Position numbers and translations under genes: made by a program
Assembly: GCA_044225505.1 (NCBI GenBank)
Contig: JBGAIN010000019.1
Location: forward strand, 58,282-78,281
DNA from: Limisphaerales bacterium
GTDB lineage: Bacteria > Verrucomicrobiota > Verrucomicrobiia > Limisphaerales > SIBE01
DNA length: 20,000 bases
Direction: 5' to 3'
Notes under the pieces: generated by a model
The model's input: only the letters and a program-made list of their open reading frames with translations
The model's database searches: none
Told to the model about the DNA's origin: nothing
In this document: positions 8,510 to 16,931 of the stretch, in pieces
Numbering within the stretch: position 1 is the stretch's first letter
Layout of the letters: every line of letters begins with the position of its first letter

Positions 8510-11500
8510 ATGAAGAGTATCGCCGCTTTTGCCAAATCATCCATGCCAACTCGTTCGAGTCTCAGACGGCTTTTGCTATCCCTCCCCCTGCTCTTGCTGC
8601 TGAGTTCCTTGTTCGGGTGCTCGCGCGAGTCGCGCCTCGCTAAGCACCTGGAAAAAGCGAATCGGTATTACGATCAGCGACAGCTCGAAAGCGCGGAGAT
8701 CGAATACATGAACGTTCTGCAGATTCAGCCTTCCCAAGCGACAGCGTTACAGCGTTTGGGAGTCATTTACTACGATTCGGGTCGGGTCGCGAGAGCCTTT
8801 GAATTGTTGCGGAGAGCCCAAGAGGCCAATCCTGAGTCGATCGATCTCCGGGTGAGAGTAGCGCGCCTTTACCTACTCCAAGGCCAGACTGAGCTGGCTC
8901 GTGCGCAGGCGCTCAAAATCCTTGAAAAGGATCCAGGCCACGAGCAGGGTGTCTGGCTTGCTGCCGCAACTTCGTTGACCCCCGAACACCTGTCCGTCAC
9001 GCAGCAGCTCCTTGATAAGTCCCGCACTCAACTGGGTGATCGCGCGATTTTCCATGTTGGCACGGGAACATTGGCCGGACTTAAAGCGGACCTTCCCACG
9101 GCTGAAGCCGAATTCGACAAAGCACGCGCCATGGAGCCCAAGTCCAGCCTGATCGCTTATGTCGGCGCCGTCCTGCATTGGCAATTGGGCAATCCTGCGC
9201 GCGCCGATGAATTATTCAAAGCGGCCATTGAGCTGGCCCCCGCGGAGGATTGGGAAACGCGCCTCAAATGGGCGGAATTCAAATTCAGTCGAAATGACCT
9301 GGTTGAATCTCGAAAGATCATCGAGGGCGTCCTGTCTAAATCTCCCCGCAACCGCGTCGGCTTACTGCTTTTGGCTCGAATGACGTTTTCACAGCGGAAT
9401 ACAGAGGAGTGTCTGGCTCTGGTTCAACGGATGTTGCAGGAAAACCCGGGCGACGCCGAGGCCTTGCTGCTTCGAGCTCAAGTGACCTTGTCGAAGGGCG
9501 ACGTCAACCAGGCCGTTGCGGAACTTGAGCGCCTTAGGGATCAATACCCGCGAGTCGTTCCGCTCCATTTTCAGTTGGCCACCGCGTATCTAAAGCAAAA
9601 CGCCGAAGAAAAGGCCATTGACAGCTTCCGCGCCGCGCTGAAGGTCGATCCTCGATTTGACCAAGCCGCTCTGGCGCTGGGCGAAATCAGTCTGCGCAAA
9701 CGAGATTACACAGCCGCCAAGGAAGCCATTGGGGGGGTGCTCAAGCGTTCCCCCAAAAACCCGCAAGCCTTGGTTCTGATGGCCGAAACCTGCCGGCTTG
9801 CCGGCCAGTTTGAGGAAGCTTTGGCAGTCGCCGAGCAGTGGAAGCAACTCGTTCCAAAGATGCCTGAGCCCTACTACCAGATCGGGATTATTCGCCGACA
9901 ACAACAACAAGAGGCTCAAGCGCAAGAGGCTTTTGAAGAAGCGGTTCGAGTTGCGCCAAGGTTCAGCCCAGCGGTCGAGCAGTTGATCGAAATGGACCTC
10001 CGTGCCAGCCGGTCAAAAGCCGCTCTGGACCGGGCCGAAGCGCTCGTGCGCAATCTGCCGGGCTCCGCGGGGCCGCTCATCGTGCTCGCTCGAGTGCATC
10101 TTTCGCTGCGCGAATTGGACGCCGCTGAAGCCGCGCTTCGTAAAGCCCTTGAGGTCGATCCGAATTCCTCAGCCGCTTCGATGCTCCTAACGCAGCTTTA
10201 CGTGCAATCCAAGAAGCTCGACCAAGCGCAGGCCGAACTAAAGACCGTTCTGACCAAGCAGCCGACGAACGCCACCGTGCTTCTGCAATTGGGCTGGTTG
10301 CAGCAGGACTCGAAGAACTTCGCGGGCGCCCGCGAGAGCTACGAACGTTTGTTGCAGCAAAACCCGCGCTCCGTTACCGCCTTGAATAACCTGGCGGTGC
10401 TCAGTGCGGAAAACCTGGGGGATTTAGATGCGGCGTTACGCTATGCCAAAGCCGCACGCGAACTTGCTCCCGATGACCCGGCCGTTGCCGATACCTTTGG
10501 CTGGATCCTATGTCGGCGGCGTGACTACCCTTGGGCCTTGTCCACGCTTCGGACAGCGGCTGAAAAACGCCCCACGGACGCGGAAGTGCAGTATCATTTA
10601 GGAACGGCCTACTACATGATGGGCGACGATGCCGCGGCACGACTGGCCCTCCAAACAGCATTGGACATCACCAACAGCTTTCCGGGCCACGTCCAGGCCC
10701 AAGCGCGACTGCAAATTCTGGGAGTCAATCCCTCCTCTGCAACCGCTGCGGACCGGGCCAAGATCCAAGAAGCCATGGCCGCTGACCCGCAGGACGTGAT
10801 GGCACTACTCCGCTCCGCGGAACTGGCGCGGCGCGATGGAAATCCTGACACAGCTTTGAAATTCTATCGAGATGCGACTGCCGCAAGTCCGAAAGCACCG
10901 CTTCCGAGCTTGCAACTCGCCCGATTCTACGCGGAGCAGCAGCATGATAGCGTCAAAAGCACAGAAACAGCCAACGCCGCACTTGAACTGGCCCCCTCTG
11001 ACCTGGGCGTCACCCATGCTGTCGCGGAGATCGCCCTGCTGACCGGAGATTACAAGCGAGCCCATAGCCTGATGCAGCCGGTGATCCGGCAGTACCCGGA
11101 AGATCCCAAGGTTCTATTCGACTTTGCAATCGCCGCTTATGGTCGGGGCAAAGTCTCAGAAGCCGAACAATCTCTGCAGCATGCCTTGGGCACCAAGACC
11201 GGGTTTCCACAAGCAGAGCTGGCGCGACAATTGTTAGATACGATGATGCTCGCGCGAGATCCAGCCCGTGTCAGGGCCGTAGTCGCGAACCTAAAAACGA
11301 TCCCGCCAGCAGATCCACGATTCGTGCCGGCGCTCATGGCGATGGCCGCGCTCTTCGAATTCGATCGCCAGGACGATGCAGCCCGGAAGATTTATAGCGA
11401 CCAAATCCTGAAGTTGAATCCGGGCTTCGCGCCTGCTTGGCGACAACTCGCCTTTCTTTATGCTCGCACCGCGAATGGCGAGAGCCAGGCATTCGATGCC

Positions 11501-11782
11501 GGCATGAAGGCTCGCGAGGTTTTTGCCGAGGACGCCGACTTGGAGAAGCTGCTCGGCCAATTAGCCTTCCGATCCAAGGATTACCCGCGGGCAGTCGAGT
11601 TTCTCAAAGCAAGCGCTCTCAAACGCCCCCAGGATGCCGAACTGTTTCTAACTCTAGGCCTGGCGCATAAGGCTCTGGATCAAAAGGATCAAAGCAAAGC
11701 TGCACTGCAAACGGCGCTTGCTTCCAACCCCAGTCCCGCCTTGACCAAAGAAGTGAATCGCATCTTAGCGGAACTGAAATAG
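8510..11782 (+). CDS. Large TPR-repeat lipoprotein, PrsT-like (PEP-CTERM/exosortase-system associated)
   Basis: Basic N-region, Leu-rich h-region and lipobox LFGC; TPRs throughout; ALNNLA..ADTFGW..YHLG module typical of PrsT-like proteins. Start is ATG 8510 or 8543; the ORF-track GTG at 8432 is less likely. Confidence 0.85.
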   Translation: MKSIAAFAKSSMPTRSSLRRLLLSLPLLLLLSSLFGCSRESRLAKHLEKANRYYDQRQLESAEIEYMNVLQIQPSQATALQRLGVIYYDSGRVARAFELLRRAQEANPESIDLRVRVARLYLLQGQTELARAQALKILEKDPGHEQGVWLAAATSLTPEHLSVTQQLLDKSRTQLGDRAIFHVGTGTLAGLKADLPTAEAEFDKARAMEPKSSLIAYVGAVLHWQLGNPARADELFKAAIELAPAEDWETRLKWAEFKFSRNDLVESRKIIEGVLSKSPRNRVGLLLLARMTFSQRNTEECLALVQRMLQENPGDAEALLLRAQVTLSKGDVNQAVAELERLRDQYPRVVPLHFQLATAYLKQNAEEKAIDSFRAALKVDPRFDQAALALGEISLRKRDYTAAKEAIGGVLKRSPKNPQALVLMAETCRLAGQFEEALAVAEQWKQLVPKMPEPYYQIGIIRRQQQQEAQAQEAFEEAVRVAPRFSPAVEQLIEMDLRASRSKAALDRAEALVRNLPGSAGPLIVLARVHLSLRELDAAEAALRKALEVDPNSSAASMLLTQLYVQSKKLDQAQAELKTVLTKQPTNATVLLQLGWLQQDSKNFAGARESYERLLQQNPRSVTALNNLAVLSAENLGDLDAALRYAKAARELAPDDPAVADTFGWILCRRRDYPWALSTLRTAAEKRPTDAEVQYHLGTAYYMMGDDAAARLALQTALDITNSFPGHVQAQARLQILGVNPSSATAADRAKIQEAMAADPQDVMALLRSAELARRDGNPDTALKFYRDATAASPKAPLPSLQLARFYAEQQHDSVKSTETANAALELAPSDLGVTHAVAEIALLTGDYKRAHSLMQPVIRQYPEDPKVLFDFAIAAYGRGKVSEAEQSLQHALGTKTGFPQAELARQLLDTMMLARDPARVRAVVANLKTIPPADPRFVPALMAMAALFEFDRQDDAARKIYSDQILKLNPGFAPAWRQLAFLYARTANGESQAFDAGMKAREVFAEDADLEKLLGQLAFRSKDYPRAVEFLKASALKRPQDAELFLTLGLAHKALDQKDQSKAALQTALASNPSPALTKEVNRILAELK

Positions 11783-11941
11783 GCGGTCAGCCTTTCGGGT
11801 CTGCCTCGTTGAGTTCACCCACGCCAAATCCCTGGGTGCGCCAATGCCTCCCGCTTCGTCCTGATCGGCCCTTCCTTGCCCGGGAGCATTTCATTCTCAG
11901 GTGCATTTGCTTTTACGATGGAGCGGGCTTAACTAACCGCC

Positions 11942-13348
11942 ATGGACCAAGGACCTGCCCCGCCCGTCGCACCTTCCGAAAGGCTTCCCACTCGGTCCCG
12001 CCAACGGCACAAAGCGGTCACCCTTGGGATTCTCGCCTTTGCCGTTGGAATAGGACTGGTTCTGCTTCGCGGCAATGTGTTGGTGGAACGGTTTGCTAAA
12101 CCTAGAATCGAAGAGGCCTTCGCAAAAGCCCATCCAGGCGCCAAGCTCGAAATCCGATCTTTCCGATATCGAGCGCTGCAGAACCAAGTGATATGGTCTG
12201 GATTAAGTCTGAGCGGGCCGCATTCCAGTTGGTCTTGCCAGATCGATCGCGGCGAAGCGGCCGGCCTCTCGTGGACCGACCTCCTCTTTGGAGGCCAACA
12301 GCTCAGCGCTTTCAGTCGGTCCGTCTGGAGCATCGATGGCCTCAGCTTCACCTTTCCTAACTCCGAATACCGTATTCGATGCGGCCAACTCCGCTTTTCG
12401 TCTTCCGATTCGTCGTTGACCGTCGAAGGAATTGAGCTTCGCCCCGCCCTCGAAGATGAGGCGTTCTTCAAAGCGCGTGACTTCCGCCGCTCCCGGTTGG
12501 AGTGGAAAGTGCCACGCGCGGCTATCGTGGGGATTGATACGGCTGCCCTGGTGAGCCAAAAGGTGATTCGGGCTCAACATGTAGAACTGGCGAACGCAAC
12601 ACTCGATACGCTGACCAGCCGTGAGAAGCCAGTGAACCCCAAACGCCGCCCAACCAAGACAGTCAGCCAGTTCCTCGCGGATCTCCCCTGGAGCATCGCC
12701 ATCGACAAAGTTACGGTCACAAACGGGCAAGTTTCAGTGCATCAGAGGCTTGGCCCTGGAAAAGAGCCCGGATCGATGTCTTTCGACGCTGTTCAACTCG
12801 CCATGCTCGGATTTGCCAATCGCGGTCGTCCGGAAGATCCCATCCTCATCCAAGGCGAATGTGCATTCATGGGACAAGGGATTTTGAAACTCGAAATGAC
12901 GATTCCCACCGCATCCCGAGACCTTGCCCTCCTTTACTCTGGCTCGCTCGGACGGGTGCGCCTGCCCGACCTGAATTCATTTCTGGCGGTGACCGCAGGA
13001 ACACGGCTCGAATCCGGCATCTTGTACGAAGCGACATTTAACGCTAACGTGATCGCTGGACACGCTTCCGGTGAGTTCCAAGCCGCTTACGAAAACTTGG
13101 ACATAGCTCTTTTAAATCGCCAAACCGGGTCAGAAAACGGTGTGATGAACAAACTCAAATCGTTCGTTGCCGACCATATCGTCGTCCACACCGACAACAT
13201 GCCCGGAAACACCAAACCAATGAAAGCAGGCCGCATCGATTACACCTGCAAATCCGATGAGAAGTTCTTCCACTTCATATGGTTCGCCGTGCGCAGCGGA
13301 ATGCTCGACCTGCTTGGCCTCAGCGACTTTGTCAAGACAGCCCATTAA
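11942..13348 (+). CDS. Membrane-anchored beta-rich protein, AsmA/DUF748-like
   Basis: 468 aa; N-terminal TM segment after basic residues, then alternating beta-strand-like sequence (IDKVTVTNGQV, YSGSLG..LPDLNSFL, YENLDIALL). Family call is by resemblance only. Confidence 0.6.
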   Translation: MDQGPAPPVAPSERLPTRSRQRHKAVTLGILAFAVGIGLVLLRGNVLVERFAKPRIEEAFAKAHPGAKLEIRSFRYRALQNQVIWSGLSLSGPHSSWSCQIDRGEAAGLSWTDLLFGGQQLSAFSRSVWSIDGLSFTFPNSEYRIRCGQLRFSSSDSSLTVEGIELRPALEDEAFFKARDFRRSRLEWKVPRAAIVGIDTAALVSQKVIRAQHVELANATLDTLTSREKPVNPKRRPTKTVSQFLADLPWSIAIDKVTVTNGQVSVHQRLGPGKEPGSMSFDAVQLAMLGFANRGRPEDPILIQGECAFMGQGILKLEMTIPTASRDLALLYSGSLGRVRLPDLNSFLAVTAGTRLESGILYEATFNANVIAGHASGEFQAAYENLDIALLNRQTGSENGVMNKLKSFVADHIVVHTDNMPGNTKPMKAGRIDYTCKSDEKFFHFIWFAVRSGMLDLLGLSDFVKTAH

Positions 13349-13502
13349 CTGGAGAATCGCTCTTCATTCGCTGGTGACCCACAGGTAACCCACTCTCTAG
13401 TGGGTTACCTGTGGGTCACATTAACTGGAGAATCGCTCTTCATTCGCTGGTGACCCACAGGTAACCCACTCTCTATTGGGTTACCTGTGGGTCACCAGCG
13501 AA
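13343..13502. repeat. 76-bp tandem duplication, each copy containing a long perfect palindrome (REP-like)
   Basis: 13343-13418 and 13419-13494 are identical except 13400 G vs 13476 T. Stem 1 is 13374-13394/13399-13419 (21 bp, loop CTCT). Stem 2 is 13443-13468/13477-13502 (26 bp, 8-nt loop). Confidence 0.95.
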
Positions 13503-13826
13503 CGGACGTCGGATCCAGAGCGGCTCCAAAACCGTTGCACGGGAAGCATGGGCAATGAACAGCACCACTACGGGAGCAGCCATGGCGGTGCAACAATCGG
13601 TAGATCCTTCGAACAGAGCGCTTAACACCCATTTCCCACTGGTCCTTGACTCCAAACTTCGCCAAAACGTTCAGCATCGCGCCTCGTTCCTAGGGGGAAA
13701 CACTACATTCGGAAAATCGATGGAGCGCCCTTGATTATCGATTTCCATCAAAGCGGCAGATCGGATAATGTCGCGTGAATGGGGCCACGGGGCACTGCTA
13801 ACCTGGCGAGCTAACCAATCGCGCGC

Positions 13827-16469
13827 ATGAGCATATTTTTCCCCTTCCTCATCGTCATATTCCTGGCGGTAGCGGCCTATTTGATTAGGCGCCTCGGGGA
13901 AGCCGAGCGTCAGTTGCAGATACTGACGGCGCGATTGGCTCGATTGGAAAAGCAAGCCACCGCCAACCCAGGTCAACAACCCCATGCCCTAGGGGCGACA
14001 TTAATCCGGTCCTATCCTGGCAATGCCGGTGATGTTTCCATCGCGTCCGCGAGATCCGGGACCGATTGGGCGATACCCGCGGCACAACCGCCGATTCCAC
14101 CCATCGCGCCCGCCCTATCGGCCAGCCCGTCGCACCCGATAACCCCACCCCGAGTCGACCTGCCCGCTCCACCGCTGATCTCCAAGGAAAGGAGCTCGCC
14201 AACGATCGGACAAGGAGTCGACTGGGAAAAGTTTATGGGCGTGAAACTCTTTGCGTGGCTAGGAGGGTTCGCTCTGTTCCTTGGTGTCGCTTTTTTTATC
14301 AAGTACTCCTTCGACCACAACCTGATCCCGCCTGAACTCCGCGCGGCCATTGGATTTGTGGCAGGAACGGCCTTGCTGATTTCAGGCGTGGCGATGAAAC
14401 GGCGAGCGTTCGTCGTCACTTCTCAGACCTTTTGCGCGACCGGCGTGGTGATTCTCTACACAGTTACTTACGCCTGCCGGTCAATCTATCACTTTCCACT
14501 CTTCGGCGAGGCGCTGACATTTCTATGCATGGCCCTGATCACGGCCATGGCATTTACGCTGGCCGTCCGACTCGAGGCGTGCGTTGTGGCGGTGCTCGGC
14601 TTGTTGGGGGGCTTTTTAACGCCGATCTTACTGTCGACCGGGCAGAACAATCCGACGGGGCTCTTTAGCTATGTGGCACTGCTCGATCTCGGCCTGCTCG
14701 CTGTCGCCTTACGACGCCGCTGGGCCTTCTTGATTGCCCTGGGCGCTACGGCAACCGTCATGCTCCAGGTCGGCTGGGTTCACGAATTCTTCGACGCCAG
14801 CCAAACCCCTGTCGCACGAATCATCTTCCTAGGATTCGATCTCCTTTTCCTGATCGCCTTCGTCATTTTCGAAAAGCGCGGAGCGGCCAATCGCTGGCTG
14901 AGAGCGTCTGCCGTCGGATTGCCGTTCACTACCTTTGCCTTCGTCCTTTACCTGTTTTCGGTAGAACCGTTAGGAACGGAGCCAGGCACGCTCTTCAGCT
15001 TTGTCTTGGGGGCAGACCTTTGCCTCCTGGGCCTCGCCCTCGTCCAGCCCACTCTCGCCAGGCTGCCTCAAGCCGCAGGGATGGCGGTTTTTGCGCTGCT
15101 AGCCATTTGGATGGCGCGTTTCCTGACTCCGTCGTTGCTGATCTGGAGCTTGGGACTCACGTTAGCTTTTGCCGTCCTGCACGCGGTCTACCCCGTGGCG
15201 CTGGCCCACTGGCGCCCGACAGTTCGCCCATCCGTCTGGGAACACGCCTTTCCTCTCGCGGGCCTGGTCTTAATGTTCATTCCGGTATTGAAGCTCAATA
15301 CGGTCGGATTCGCTTTATGGCCCGCCGTGTTGCTGATCGACTCGCTGACGATCATTCTGATGCTGGCAACTGCCTCGATCAGTGCGCTCCTGATGGCCGT
15401 CTGCCTGACTGGCGCGCTGACGGCAACGTGGCTGGTCCGTCTTCCGAACGACCTGAACAGTCTTCCCGGGATGCTCGTGGTTATTGGCGGATTTGCCGCG
15501 TTGTTTATCACGGCCGGGCGTTTTGCGATTTCCAAGAGCACCGCCAAATCGGGTTCGGATGCCGGTAAGGAAGAGACCATGGACGCTCAACTGGGTCACA
15601 TGCTCGGAGTCCACGGTGCCGAACTCGCGATTCAAGTCCCCGTTTCCGCGGCTGTCTTGCCCTTCTTCCTCTTAATGATCGTTGCCGGCCAGTTGCCGTT
15701 GTCCAATCCGTCGCCGGTCTACGGACTCGCGCTCGTTCTGGCTGGAGCTCTGCTCGCGATGGGGCTGCTCGCCCGAATGGACCTGCTCGTTCCGACCAGC
15801 CTGCTTTGCGTTCTGGGGTTGGAGTTGCTTTGGCACCAAGTCCATTTCCAGGCCGAGGCGCGATGGATCGCGCTCTTTTGGAATCTGACGTTCTACGCTA
15901 TTTACACGGTGTTTCCGTTCCTGTGGCGAGCGCGTTTGGCCAATCAGGTATGGCCATGGACAGCAGCAGCCCTTGCTGGCCCGTTGCATTTCTACATCCT
16001 TTATCGTGTCGTGACGCAGGGATTTGCCATCGCAAATCCGGGCTTTCTTCCGGCGTTGATGGCCATCCCCATGTTCCTCGCTGTGGCGAGGATCGCCACC
16101 CAGCGCGACTCCACCGCCCCGGCACGAGTGTCTCAACTCGCCTGGCTCGGGGGGAGCGCCCTCTTCTTTGTCACGCTTGTCTTTCCGGTGCAATTCGAAC
16201 ACCAATGGTTGACGTTGAGCTGGGCGCTCGAAGGGGTGGCGCTCGTGTGGCTTTTCGGCAAAGTCCCGCACCCAGGATTGCGTGCCACCGGTATTGCGCT
16301 CCTGAGTATCGCATTCGTGAGGTTAGCTCTGAATCCGGCCGTCCTCGAATATCCTCGGAGCAACTCCCTGCCTCTGCTTAACTGGTACACTTATACCTAC
16401 GGAATTGTCACCCTCTGTTTCCTCACCGCCGCCCGACGGCTCGCGCCTCCTCAGCACCTCGGATCCTAG
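13827..16469 (+). CDS. DUF2339-family polytopic membrane protein, N-terminal part (frameshifted near the end)
   Basis: N-terminal TM, coiled coil and Pro-rich linker, then WEKFMGVKLFAWLGGFALFLGVAFFIKYSF, GLLGGFLTPILLSTG and many TM helices. Confidence 0.85.
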   Translation: MSIFFPFLIVIFLAVAAYLIRRLGEAERQLQILTARLARLEKQATANPGQQPHALGATLIRSYPGNAGDVSIASARSGTDWAIPAAQPPIPPIAPALSASPSHPITPPRVDLPAPPLISKERSSPTIGQGVDWEKFMGVKLFAWLGGFALFLGVAFFIKYSFDHNLIPPELRAAIGFVAGTALLISGVAMKRRAFVVTSQTFCATGVVILYTVTYACRSIYHFPLFGEALTFLCMALITAMAFTLAVRLEACVVAVLGLLGGFLTPILLSTGQNNPTGLFSYVALLDLGLLAVALRRRWAFLIALGATATVMLQVGWVHEFFDASQTPVARIIFLGFDLLFLIAFVIFEKRGAANRWLRASAVGLPFTTFAFVLYLFSVEPLGTEPGTLFSFVLGADLCLLGLALVQPTLARLPQAAGMAVFALLAIWMARFLTPSLLIWSLGLTLAFAVLHAVYPVALAHWRPTVRPSVWEHAFPLAGLVLMFIPVLKLNTVGFALWPAVLLIDSLTIILMLATASISALLMAVCLTGALTATWLVRLPNDLNSLPGMLVVIGGFAALFITAGRFAISKSTAKSGSDAGKEETMDAQLGHMLGVHGAELAIQVPVSAAVLPFFLLMIVAGQLPLSNPSPVYGLALVLAGALLAMGLLARMDLLVPTSLLCVLGLELLWHQVHFQAEARWIALFWNLTFYAIYTVFPFLWRARLANQVWPWTAAALAGPLHFYILYRVVTQGFAIANPGFLPALMAIPMFLAVARIATQRDSTAPARVSQLAWLGGSALFFVTLVFPVQFEHQWLTLSWALEGVALVWLFGKVPHPGLRATGIALLSIAFVRLALNPAVLEYPRSNSLPLLNWYTYTYGIVTLCFLTAARRLAPPQHLGS

Positions 16470-16822
16470 CCTTCCTGTTGCTCAACATCGAGATTGCCGA
16501 TCACTTCGGCGACGGCGAGACCATCCGGTTTCAGTTCTCAGGGAATTTCGCTCGCGACATGAGCTACTCCATCGGGTGGGGCATTTTTGCGCTGGTTCTA
16601 CTGCTGATTGGCATTGGCAAACGTCTGCGCGGGGTCCGCTATGCTGCCATCGGACTGCTGCTCGCCATGCTCCTGAAGCTATTCCTGCATGACTTGAGCA
16701 ACCTCGGCCAGCTCTATCGAATCGGGGCGTTTATCGGCGTGGCCTTCATCTTGATTCTCGCGTCCGGGCTCTATCAGCGGTTTGTGGCCCAAGATGAGTC
16801 ATCGCGACACTCCACGCCGTAG
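16463..16822 (+). pseudogene. C-terminal fragment of the same DUF2339 protein in another frame
   Basis: Frame from 16463 reads ILAFLLLNIEIADHF...MSYSIGW..KLFLHDLSNLGQLYRIGAFIGVA, the typical DUF2339 C-terminus. It overlaps the upstream stop and has no evident SD; the ORF track starts it at TTG 16478. Confidence 0.75.
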
Positions 16823-16931
16823 TCGTGCGGTCGCTGATCAGGCGGGCGATAGGCCGATCCGGAGCGAAGCCACCCACCCACCGTTCAGCGAACCGGCCGT
16901 CCGGATTGAGTGCTTGCCCGGAGGCTGCGCG

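Noticed and set aside
8212..8643. 143-aa ORF overlapping the TPR gene start, and the many other alternate-frame or antisense ORFs in the track
   Set aside because: No recognisable motifs and they overlap well-supported genes; such shadow ORFs are expected in GC-rich DNA.
13343..13502. CRISPR array
   Set aside because: Only two units, the intervening sequence is itself duplicated (no unique spacers), and no cas genes are present.
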